Assembly (NCBI GenBank): GCA_963665325.3
Contig: CAXXWS020000002.1
Span: forward strand, 1,024,001 to 1,088,000
Length of the DNA: 64,000 nucleotides
Direction: 5' to 3'
Origin: Alphaproteobacteria bacterium
GTDB lineage: Bacteria; Pseudomonadota; Alphaproteobacteria; Bin95
Shown one piece after another: positions 17,505 through 26,470 of the stretch. Within the stretch, counting starts at the first letter, position 1, and the number at the start of each line of letters is the position of its first letter. A program made the translations under genes and the position numbers. The notes beneath the pieces were generated by a model. The model was not told the DNA's origin and ran no database searches. It saw only the letters and a program-made list of their open reading frames with translations.

Positions 17505-18622
17505 TCCTTCAGGCACCCGGTCGCGGCGCCCGAGGGCAGAGGATTGCCCGGTTGCCGGGCTATGTCGTTACGGCGGCCGTGTTCGGCTTCCTGCTCTGGA
17601 TCGTCTTCGGTGGAGCCGCCCATTCTGGCGATCCAAGGGCGGAAGCCCGCGCCATCGGCAATGCGGGTACGGCAGCGGCACGAGCGATCGCGCGGGACGC
17701 CTCGAACGCCGCGACGGTGCCGGGCTACTCGGGCACGAACGTCCCGGAGCGGCATATCGGCGCGAATGCGCTGGAGAACGAAGGCCGGGCCCGGCTCGCC
17801 GACCCGGACGATCCCGGCGGTGCGGTGGGACGCAGCGTCGTCGAGGGCGTGACGGTCTGCCCGGACGTGCCGGTGACGGTGAGCGATCCCGGCATCGCGC
17901 GCGGCAAGGCCGTCGCCGCCGATCCCGGCAATGCCGCCCATGGCGCGGGCAATCTCGCCTCGGGCAGCGTCTCGGACTGCGGCGCCGGTTTGCCGGACGC
18001 CCAGGACGGCGGGAGCTGCGGTTCGGTGCGCTGGTGCGTCGGCGCCGGCTGCGAGACGGTGGAACCGGAGGCCAACACCGGCTTCGTCGAGGCGACGACC
18101 CGGCTCAACATGGCGCTGGAGCTCGGCGGCGAGGAGTTCGACCGCGAGAACCTGCGCTTCTTCGCCGGCAAGCGCCGGCGCTGCCACATCCATTTCGGGG
18201 GGCTGGCGAACTGCTGCAAAAACTCGGGCCTGCTGGTCGGTCTCGCCAACTGCTCGGCGAACGAGCGGGAACTCGCCAGGGATCGCAACGCCGGCAACAC
18301 CCACTACCTCGGCCGATACTGCTCGAAGCGCGTCTTCGGGGTCTGCATCCGCCGCTCACGGGCCTGGTGCGTGTTCGGCTCCAAGCTCGGGCGCATCCTG
18401 CACCAGCAGGCAAGGCCGCAGCTCGGCATCGGCTGGGGCAGCTGCCGGGGCTTCTCTGTGGCCGAGGTCGAACGCATCGACTTCGCGCGCCTCGATCTCT
18501 CGGAGTTCACGCAGGACCTGATGGACGGATCGCGGGAGCCGGCCGTGACCCTGCCTGAGGCCGGCGACACGCAGTCGGTCATGCGCGAGCGGGTGCGCGA
18601 CTTCTACGGGAGAAGCCCGTGA
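17501..18622 (+). CDS. traN: Mating-pair stabilization protein TraN (short, ~373 aa)
   Basis: Cys-rich C-terminus FFAGKRRRC...NCC...YCSKRVFGVC...CVFGSKLGRILHQQAR.QLG...CRGF...IDFARLDLSEF. Confidence 0.9.
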   Translation: MILQAPGRGARGQRIARLPGYVVTAAVFGFLLWIVFGGAAHSGDPRAEARAIGNAGTAAARAIARDASNAATVPGYSGTNVPERHIGANALENEGRARLADPDDPGGAVGRSVVEGVTVCPDVPVTVSDPGIARGKAVAADPGNAAHGAGNLASGSVSDCGAGLPDAQDGGSCGSVRWCVGAGCETVEPEANTGFVEATTRLNMALELGGEEFDRENLRFFAGKRRRCHIHFGGLANCCKNSGLLVGLANCSANERELARDRNAGNTHYLGRYCSKRVFGVCIRRSRAWCVFGSKLGRILHQQARPQLGIGWGSCRGFSVAEVERIDFARLDLSEFTQDLMDGSREPAVTLPEAGDTQSVMRERVRDFYGRSP

Positions 18623-19485
18623 TAGCGGGCGCCACGCAACCCACCCTCCGGCGCGTCCTGGGACGCGTCCTTGCGGGGATCGGCGTCTGGGCGGCGTTCG
18701 GCGCCTCGGCGGCGGGCGGGGACACTCGTGCCGGAGAATGGCGGTCCTGGTGTACCGATCCGGGCTCCGGCGCCTCGCTCGGCTGGCACTTCTACTGCGA
18801 CCGGGAAGAGGAACGTCAGGAAGCCGAGCCGCCGCCAGCGCAGCCTCCCTCCGGGTCGCCCGCCGCCGGGGACAGTCAGTCGGCCACCGAGCGCATCCTG
18901 GCGCTGCGCCGGGCGCTGGAGGAGGCCCGCGCGGAGGCGATCCTCGACCCGACGCCGGCGAAGGTGGCTGCGTATCTGCGCCTCCAGCAGGAGACGCTGC
19001 AACGGGCCGCCGTCTTCTCCGACGCCTTCCGGCGCACGGTGTGGGCGAGCCCGGCGCTCGACTACACGCTGAAGCGCCCGGTCGGCGCGCTCGCCAAGCA
19101 GGTCTGGTCGGACGGGCGAAGGCAGGCCCGCGACGCCGCGCTTGCGCGGCTCGGGGAGCGCTTCGGGCTGATCTATCTCGGCCATGCCGGGTGCGCCGGC
19201 TGCAAGGTGTTCGGGCCGCTGCTGCGCGCCTTCGCCATGCGCCACGGCCTCGACGTGCTGGCCGTGTCGCTTACCGGCCAAGCGCTGGAGGGCTGGCCGG
19301 AGGCGGTCGCGGACAATGGGCGCGCCGCCCGGCTCGGTCTCGGCAACGCCCCGGTGCCGGCGCTGGTGCTGTTCGACACGAAGACGCGGCGCGTCCTGCC
19401 GGTCGGCTTCGGCGTGCTGGCCGAGGACGAGATGGCAGAGCGCATCTACGCGCTCACCGCCCTGGAGCCCGGACATGACTACTGA
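18619..19485 (+). CDS. traF: F-type TraF (thioredoxin-like)
   Basis: GWHFYCD, AILDPT, CAGC, VPALVL, GFGVLAEDE. Confidence 0.9.
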   Translation: MIAGATQPTLRRVLGRVLAGIGVWAAFGASAAGGDTRAGEWRSWCTDPGSGASLGWHFYCDREEERQEAEPPPAQPPSGSPAAGDSQSATERILALRRALEEARAEAILDPTPAKVAAYLRLQQETLQRAAVFSDAFRRTVWASPALDYTLKRPVGALAKQVWSDGRRQARDAALARLGERFGLIYLGHAGCAGCKVFGPLLRAFAMRHGLDVLAVSLTGQALEGWPEAVADNGRAARLGLGNAPVPALVLFDTKTRRVLPVGFGVLAEDEMAERIYALTALEPGHDY

Positions 19486-20899
19486 GCGCAGGAATATCGC
19501 GGCTGCCGTCGCCATGGGCATGGTGCTGACGGCTACCTTCCCCGCGAAGGCCGACGTGCTCTCCGAGATGAACCGCTTCTGGCAGGGCGCGGCGGTCAAT
19601 GTCACTGGCCCGACGGCGTTCAACGGCCAGGCCTCCGGCCACTGGACGCTCGGCAATCTCTATCTGCGCGCGCCGGTGCGCTCCGAGCAGGTCGCCACGG
19701 TGAGCCTGCCGAGCTTCCGGGCAGGCTGCGGCGGCATCGATGCCTTCGCCGGCGCCTTCTCGTTCATCGACTCGGACCAGCTGATCGCCTTCGGCCGCGC
19801 GGTCGCCCAGAACGCCGCCGGCTTCGCCTTCGAGCTGGCGCTGGAGACCATCTCGCCGGTGATCGCCGAAACGATGGCCAAGCTCCGGGCGCTGGCGCAA
19901 TGGGTCAACGGGCAGAACCTCAACTCCTGCGAGACCGCCCAGGCGCTGGTCGGCGCGCTCTGGTCGAAGAACGACCGGGCGAGCGCTTCGATCTGCGCCG
20001 CGATCGGCACCAGCCAGGGCATCTTCTCGGACTATGCCGCCGCGAAGCACGGCTGCGGCGCCGACGGGAAGAGGAACTCCACCCTGGCTTCGGCCTCCGG
20101 GGCGATGGCGGACCAGGTGCCGGTCAACGTCAACTATGCCTGGAAGGCGATAAGGGCGTCCTCCTTCCTCGCGGGCGACGCGCAGTTGGCCGAGTTCGCC
20201 ATGGCGGTGACCGGCACGCTGATCGTGACCGCGCCCACCTCGGACGGCGATACCTCGGGCCCGCGGGTGCGCATCCTGGAGCCGCTGGCGCTCGACCGGC
20301 GGGTGACGGAAGTGCTGATGGAGGGCGGCGGCAGCCTGCCCGTCTATCGCTGCGATACGCCCGACCGCTGCCTCAACCCGACCCTGGGCACGGTCTCCAT
20401 CCCCGCCGACCGGGGCTTCCGGGCGCGGGTGGCGGAGCTGCTGCGCGACCTCGTCGATGCGGTCCGGAACGACACCGCCCCGCCGGCCGCCGCGCTCGGC
20501 CTGGTCAACCTAACCACGCTGCCGGTCTACCGGGTCGCCAATGCCGCGGCCGCATACAGGGGCGCGGTGGTGGACCAGGAGATGGACGCGCTCGCCGAGG
20601 CGGTGGCGCTCGACGTCATGCAGGTCTGGCTCTCGGACCTGCACCGCACGGTCGAGGAACGCGCCGGAACCCTCGACATCGCCGACGGAGAGCAGCTCCA
20701 GCGCTGGCGCGAAGGGCTGAGGACCAACCGCATCGCGCTCGCCCGGCACCGCAACGAGGGGCTCGCCCGCTTCAACACCGCGCTCGCCGTGGTCGAGAAG
20801 CTGCGCCTGATCGAGACCGAGCTCGCGGGCGCCCTCTCCGCCGATCTCCGCGCCGCACTGGCGTTCGCAAGGGGCGGCGCCGGGGCCGGGTCGCGGTGA
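19475..20899 (+). CDS. traH: F-type T4SS protein TraH
   Basis: NVTGP...GQASG, LPSFRAGCGGIDAFAGAFSFI, NSCETAQALV. Confidence 0.95.
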   Translation: MTTERRNIAAAVAMGMVLTATFPAKADVLSEMNRFWQGAAVNVTGPTAFNGQASGHWTLGNLYLRAPVRSEQVATVSLPSFRAGCGGIDAFAGAFSFIDSDQLIAFGRAVAQNAAGFAFELALETISPVIAETMAKLRALAQWVNGQNLNSCETAQALVGALWSKNDRASASICAAIGTSQGIFSDYAAAKHGCGADGKRNSTLASASGAMADQVPVNVNYAWKAIRASSFLAGDAQLAEFAMAVTGTLIVTAPTSDGDTSGPRVRILEPLALDRRVTEVLMEGGGSLPVYRCDTPDRCLNPTLGTVSIPADRGFRARVAELLRDLVDAVRNDTAPPAAALGLVNLTTLPVYRVANAAAAYRGAVVDQEMDALAEAVALDVMQVWLSDLHRTVEERAGTLDIADGEQLQRWREGLRTNRIALARHRNEGLARFNTALAVVEKLRLIETELAGALSADLRAALAFARGGAGAGSR

Positions 20900-20981
20900 G
20901 GGGTTCGATGCGCCCGACCCGCCAACCTGACGGCATCGCGATCCGGAAACGCGTCCGGGTCGCGGTAACCCCCACTATATA

Positions 20982-23888
20982 ATGTACGAGCTCTTCACCC
21001 TCGGCGGCGGCGCCTACCTGGTCGACCTGCTGAACGCGGTGGCGGCCATTACCGGCGGCGGGGCCTTCGTCAACCTCGCGCAGCTCGCCGGCATGGCCGG
21101 TCTCGCCTGGGTCCTGTTCCGCACCGCCTTCGGCGGCTCGTGGAAGGACAACGCGAAGTGGATGCTGCTCTTCGCCGCCGTCTGGGGCGCGATGATCGTG
21201 CCGAAGGCGACTGTGCGGGTGGTGGACCGGCTCGACCCGGCGCTCGCGCCGGCCGTGGTCGCCAACGTCCCCATCGGGCTCGCGCTGTTCGCGTCCCTGA
21301 CCAGCCAGGTCGGCGACGGCCTCACCCGTCTTACCGAGCAGGCTTTCGCGCTGCCCAACGATCTCGCCTACCGCCGCCACGGGCTGATCTTCGGGGCAAG
21401 GCTCGCCGGCAAGGCGACCCGGCTCGAAGTGACCGACGCGGTGTTCGCGAGGAACATCCGCAACTATGCTAGGCAATGCGTCTTCCCCGCCCTGCTGCTG
21501 GGCCATGTCTCGGCGGACGATCTGCGGGAGAGCACCGACATCTGGCGGCTGGTGACCGCGACGGGCACGCCCTCGGCCGGGGCCTCGCCCGCGCGCATGG
21601 TCGAGTTCGCCACCCGGCAGGCGGCGTCCGGCACCGGCGCGACGACCGTGGACCGGCAGATCGTCACCTGCCGCGATGCGGCGGGCAGGCTGAACGCGCA
21701 GTGGAACGCCGAGATCGCGCGCGCCGGCACGATCTTCGGGCGGCGCATCTTCCCCGATGCGAGAACCGACGCGCTAGCCCGGGCCGAGCTGCTGGCGTCG
21801 CTGCCGGCCGCGCATGACTTCCTGATCGGCGCCTCGCGCAGCGCCGGCGAGATCATGCGCCAGCAGATGGTGCTGAACGCGGTCCACGACGCCGGCGAGC
21901 AATGGGCCGCCGAGGCCGGCAATGCCGCCGCCTTGCAGGCCTATACCGAGGCCAGGGCCGAAGCCCAGACGGTCTCGGCCTACCGCGCCATCGGCAGGCA
22001 GGCCGAGACCTGGGTGCCGCTGCTGCGCATCGTGTTCGAGTGCCTCTATGTCGGGGCCTTCCCGATGGCGGTGCTGCTCATGCTGACCCCGGCGGGCGGG
22101 ACGATATTCCGGTCCTACGTCACCGGGCTGGTCTGGCTCCAGAGCTGGGGCCCGCTCTACGCGGTGCTGCACCGGATCAGCATGGGCGAGGCGGCCGAGC
22201 GCATGTCGGCCGCCGCGGCGATGCCGAACGGCGAGATCGGCATTTCGCTGGTGGCGCAGGCCGGCATAAGGGCGGTTGCCGCCGACGTGGCGGTGATGTC
22301 GGGCTACCTCTCGATGTCGGTGCCGTTCCTGGCGGCGGCGCTGGCCTACGGACTGTCGAAGGCGACGGTGCTCGCGACCTCGGTGCTGGCCGTGGGCCAG
22401 GACGCCGCGTCGTCGGCGGCGCATGAGGGCACGACGGGCAATCTCTCGCTCGCCAACACCGGCTACGACAGCCACCGCTTCGCGACCCTGGAGGGCCGCC
22501 AGATCCGCACCTCCGCCCATGTCGATACCGACCGCTATACCGGCTACGCCCCGGCCGGGGCGGGGTTCGTCGTGACCGGCGATGGCACGGCGGTCGTGGA
22601 TGCGTCGTCTGCGACCAGCCGCATCCCGGCCGCCGGCGTGCGGATCTCGGAATCGCTGGCCACCAGCTACGAGACCCGTGCGGCGCAGGCCCGCTCGCTC
22701 GCCCGCAACTGGGACGTGCAGGCGGGCGTGGCGAGGAACGCGGCCGTGACCGACGCGACCGGGCTGGTGGAACGCTACAGCCATGACGTGAATGTCGGCG
22801 AGGCGCACGCGCGCGGGGTGACGGAGAGCGAGACCGCCCAGGTCCAGGCGCTCGAGTCGCACTACGAGAAGCTCGCCGAGATCGGCGGCATCACCAAGAA
22901 CCAGGCCGCGGTGCTGACCGGCGAGGCGAAGTTCGGCGGCGGACTGGACAAGATCGTCAAGCTCGGTGCGACCGGGACCGCGACCTGGCGCGGCGAGACC
23001 ATCGAGTCCGACGCCTGGAACCGCATGAAGGAGTACGACCGCCAGCACGGGGTGACGGAGCTGTGGTCCAGCGTCTCGGAGGCGTCGCGGCGCTACTCGG
23101 CGGCGACCGGCGAGAGCGAGGCGGCCGCCCTGGAGGAGAGCCTCAACGCCAACCTGACGCGGATGCGCAGCTTCCAGGAGCGGGCCTCGATGGCGCGCCA
23201 GGAATCCGAGATGTGGTCGGAGCAGGAGGCGCAGGTGCGCTCGGACGCGCAGGCCATCGACCGCGACCTCGCCCAGCCCTTCTTCGCCTGGCTGTCGGAG
23301 CGCACGGGAACGGACGGCAGGCCGATCGGCGCGGCCGGTGCCGGCGCCCTGATCTCGGTGCAGACGGCGGAGGACGCGGAAACCCTGCGCGAGCATGCCG
23401 CCGCGTTCGTCGCGGAGAAGTTCCCCGCGCCCGCGGGACCGGACCCGGCGTCGATCGGCGGCGAGGCGGAATACGGCGCGGCGCGCGACACGCTGTCGGA
23501 GGCCTATGGCCGCGAGACCGCGGCGGCCCATGCCGGCTGGTCGGAGGGCGTGCGCGGCCGGGCGCGCGCGGCGGGAACGCCGCGGCCGGGGGACGTGGCG
23601 GAGGATGCGATCCGGGAAGGCGCGCGGGCGGAGACCGACATGGTCGTGCGCGGCAGCGCGCGCGAGGCGCGGACGGACATCGCCCGGGAGGACGCGCTGG
23701 AGGGCCGGGCCGGGGTCGCGGCGGAAACGGAGAAGCCCTTCGAGCGCCACGCCACCGAGAACCTGCCCCTGATCGGCGGCTGGCTCGCCGGCAAGCTGTT
23801 CGGCACCGCGCGGAACGCCGCGCCGGACGGGGCCGGAGAGCAGCCGAAGACGGCCCCTGCGCCGGACTGGGGAAACCAGTCGCCGTGA
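20982..23888 (+). CDS. traG: F-type TraG (VirB6-like N-terminus)
   Basis: YELFTLGGG...LNAVAA, VANVPIGLA, WLQSWGPLYAVL, long soluble C-terminus. Confidence 0.93.
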   Translation: MYELFTLGGGAYLVDLLNAVAAITGGGAFVNLAQLAGMAGLAWVLFRTAFGGSWKDNAKWMLLFAAVWGAMIVPKATVRVVDRLDPALAPAVVANVPIGLALFASLTSQVGDGLTRLTEQAFALPNDLAYRRHGLIFGARLAGKATRLEVTDAVFARNIRNYARQCVFPALLLGHVSADDLRESTDIWRLVTATGTPSAGASPARMVEFATRQAASGTGATTVDRQIVTCRDAAGRLNAQWNAEIARAGTIFGRRIFPDARTDALARAELLASLPAAHDFLIGASRSAGEIMRQQMVLNAVHDAGEQWAAEAGNAAALQAYTEARAEAQTVSAYRAIGRQAETWVPLLRIVFECLYVGAFPMAVLLMLTPAGGTIFRSYVTGLVWLQSWGPLYAVLHRISMGEAAERMSAAAAMPNGEIGISLVAQAGIRAVAADVAVMSGYLSMSVPFLAAALAYGLSKATVLATSVLAVGQDAASSAAHEGTTGNLSLANTGYDSHRFATLEGRQIRTSAHVDTDRYTGYAPAGAGFVVTGDGTAVVDASSATSRIPAAGVRISESLATSYETRAAQARSLARNWDVQAGVARNAAVTDATGLVERYSHDVNVGEAHARGVTESETAQVQALESHYEKLAEIGGITKNQAAVLTGEAKFGGGLDKIVKLGATGTATWRGETIESDAWNRMKEYDRQHGVTELWSSVSEASRRYSAATGESEAAALEESLNANLTRMRSFQERASMARQESEMWSEQEAQVRSDAQAIDRDLAQPFFAWLSERTGTDGRPIGAAGAGALISVQTAEDAETLREHAAAFVAEKFPAPAGPDPASIGGEAEYGAARDTLSEAYGRETAAAHAGWSEGVRGRARAAGTPRPGDVAEDAIREGARAETDMVVRGSAREARTDIAREDALEGRAGVAAETEKPFERHATENLPLIGGWLAGKLFGTARNAAPDGAGEQPKTAPAPDWGNQSP

Positions 23889-23902
23889 CGCGGCCGGTGC
23901 GG

Positions 23903-24256
23903 TCAGCTCCCGCCCATCAGCCGTTCGTGCTCCTCGTGGATGCGAAGATATGCGTACGAGCCCGTCCTGGTGCCCCAGTCGAAACCGTCGCCGCCTCCGT
24001 CGGCAGGCTCGTAGCTCCGGAACGCCGACCAGTCCCGGTGGCGCAAGCCCTGCCACAGGGCGGCGGCGAGGGCGGCGGCGACCGTCCAGGCGATCGCGGC
24101 CATCCAGAGGGGGCCGATGGCCTCCGTGCCGGATCCGGCCGCCAGCGACGCGGCGGAGTACAGTGCCGCCAGGGCGAACCCGCCGAGCACGAAGAGGCGC
24201 TCCCGCCAGGTGCTCGGGCGTTGCCGCCGGTCCGTGGATGTTCCCGTCATGTCCAT
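23903..24256 (-). CDS. Small two-TM membrane protein convergent with traG; candidate entry-exclusion protein
   Basis: Two hydrophobic segments; GGAG RBS upstream; position matches eex of SXT/R391. Confidence 0.5.
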   Translation of the reverse strand: MDMTGTSTDRRQRPSTWRERLFVLGGFALAALYSAASLAAGSGTEAIGPLWMAAIAWTVAAALAAALWQGLRHRDWSAFRSYEPADGGGDGFDWGTRTGSYAYLRIHEEHERLMGGS

Positions 24257-24390
24257 GGTCCTCCATCATACCGGCGCCGGCGCGGATTGCAGCCGCCGCC
24301 CGCCTCGGGCGCGACGCTCTCCGGCCCCGCCTTCTTCGGCCCGCGCCCCGCCGGCCTCCGGCTCCTTGCGGCGCGGCCCGCGATGCGGCG

Positions 24391-26469
24391 ATGATCCGGG
24401 GCGTCGGCGGCAGCACGCTCAGGGGCGGCCAGACCGTCTTCCACGGCATCCGCATGTGGGGCCAGCTGTTCCAGGCCGCGCTGCTGTTCGCCGCCTTCAC
24501 CACCGTCGCCGTCCCGGCCTGGAACCTCTGGCATTCGACCTCGGGCGCGGAGTGGTATGCCGCCGGCATGGTGACGCTCGCGGAGTCGAAGCTCGCGCTC
24601 GGCTACGAGCGGGACTCGGGCCAGGAAATCCGCTTCGCCGACGGCACGCGGCGCGTGCTCGCCATCCGCGACATCGCGTCGTCGATGCCGGCGCTCGAGG
24701 CGCGCGAGAAGATCCTCGACGAAATACTGGCGAGCGCCTGGCTCGGCCTGAAGACCGGCGGCGGGCTGATCGCGCTCTTCCTCGCCGTCTTCTGGTATCG
24801 CGGCGTGCAGCTCGGGCGGCAGAGGCGGATCCGGGGCGCGGAACTCGTGACCGGGGCCGAACTGCATCGCCGGCTGCGTCCGTTCCACCTGCGCCTGCTC
24901 GACCGCGCGCCGGGCGCAGCACGAACGCGGCCCTGGCGCATTGCCGGCATCCCCTATCCGGAGCGGACGGAGACGCAGCACACGATCGTCTCGGGCACCA
25001 CGGGCTCGGGCAAGACCGTGCTGATCTCCGACCTGGTGGCCCAGATCCGGGCGCGCGGCGAGCGCTGCGTGATCTACGACAAGATGGGCAGCTACACCGC
25101 GGCCTTCTTCGATCCCGGGCGCGACGTGCTGATGAACCCGCTGGACGCAAGGGCGCCGCGCTGGTCGCCCTTCCTCGAAGCGAGGAACCCCCGCGACTTC
25201 GACATGATGGCGGCCGCGCTGATCCCCCAGCAGAAGGACACGGTGGACCCCTTCTGGGTGACGGCGGCGCGCCAGCTCTTCTCCAACGGCGCGGGCGTGC
25301 TCCGGCAGAAGGGGGTGAAGGACAACAAGGTGCTGGTCGACCATCTCCTGAAGACCGACTTGACGGCGCTCGCCGAAGCCATGGAGGGCACGGTGGCGCA
25401 GTCGATCGTCGATCCCGACAACCCGAAGACCGCGCTCAGCGTCCGCGCCATGCTGACCGCCAACCTCTCGGCGTTGGAGTTCCTGCCCGATACCGGCAAG
25501 CCCTTCTCGATCCGGGAGTGGATCTCCGACGAGGAGCGCGGCGGGTTCCTGTTCCTCACGTCCAGGGGCGACCAGCATGCCAGCCTGCGCGGGCTGATCT
25601 CGACCTGGCTGGAGATCGCGGTCAACGCCATGCTCTCGCTGGCGCAGGACGACGGCAGGCGCATCTGGGTCATCCTCGACGAGCTGCCGACGCTCCACCA
25701 GGTGCCGAGCCTCCAGCCCGGCCTTGCCGAGAGCCGGCAGTTCGGCGGCTGCTTCGTCCTCGGCGTCCAGGTGGCGTCTGCCTTGCGCGACCTCTACGGC
25801 AGGAACGGCGCGGAGACGATATCCGGGCTCTGCGGCACCCGCGTGGTGCTGGCGGCGCCCGACCGCGACACCGCGCAGTGGTCGGCCGACAGCCTCGGCC
25901 GGAGCGAGGTCGAGGAAATCGCCGAGGGCTATTCCTACGGCGCCAACACGATTCGGGACGGGGTGAGCCTCACGCCGCGGCGCGAGCTCAGGGCGCTCAC
26001 GCTGCCGTCCGAGATCATGCGGCTGCCCAACCTGGAGGGCTATCTCAAGTTCCCCGGTCCCTGGCCCGTCGCCTCGATCCGGCTGAAATACGTCGCCCGG
26101 CCGAAGGCGGCGGAGCGGTTCGTGCCGCGCAAGGACGATGGGGCGGAGTCCGGCGAGACGCCTGCCACGGCGCGTTCCGGGGATGAAGGGGTGACGATCC
26201 CGGGGCCGCCGGGGCCGGATGAGATCGGCCGCGCCGACGGCCCGGATACGCCCGGCATGCCGTCCGGGCCGGCGTCCTGGCAGGGGGAGCTGGATCTTGT
26301 GCCGCTGCCGGGCGAGGCGGGGGATGCGCAACCGGACGTAGCAGCGGCCGAAACGGCGGACGGCGATGGCGGAGCGCCCGCGCCGCGCGACGATGCACCG
26401 GACGCCGGTTCGGAGCCGGCTGACCCGCCGCGCTCCTCCGATGGCGGCCGCACCTCCGACTGGGGCTGA
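24391..26469 (+). CDS. traD: Type IV coupling protein TraD
   Basis: RGGQ...HGIRM start, two TMs, GTTGSGKT, IYDKMG, ILDELPTL, ESRQFGGC. Confidence 0.95.
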   Translation: MIRGVGGSTLRGGQTVFHGIRMWGQLFQAALLFAAFTTVAVPAWNLWHSTSGAEWYAAGMVTLAESKLALGYERDSGQEIRFADGTRRVLAIRDIASSMPALEAREKILDEILASAWLGLKTGGGLIALFLAVFWYRGVQLGRQRRIRGAELVTGAELHRRLRPFHLRLLDRAPGAARTRPWRIAGIPYPERTETQHTIVSGTTGSGKTVLISDLVAQIRARGERCVIYDKMGSYTAAFFDPGRDVLMNPLDARAPRWSPFLEARNPRDFDMMAAALIPQQKDTVDPFWVTAARQLFSNGAGVLRQKGVKDNKVLVDHLLKTDLTALAEAMEGTVAQSIVDPDNPKTALSVRAMLTANLSALEFLPDTGKPFSIREWISDEERGGFLFLTSRGDQHASLRGLISTWLEIAVNAMLSLAQDDGRRIWVILDELPTLHQVPSLQPGLAESRQFGGCFVLGVQVASALRDLYGRNGAETISGLCGTRVVLAAPDRDTAQWSADSLGRSEVEEIAEGYSYGANTIRDGVSLTPRRELRALTLPSEIMRLPNLEGYLKFPGPWPVASIRLKYVARPKAAERFVPRKDDGAESGETPATARSGDEGVTIPGPPGPDEIGRADGPDTPGMPSGPASWQGELDLVPLPGEAGDAQPDVAAAETADGDGGAPAPRDDAPDAGSEPADPPRSSDGGRTSDWG

Positions 26470-26470
26470 C

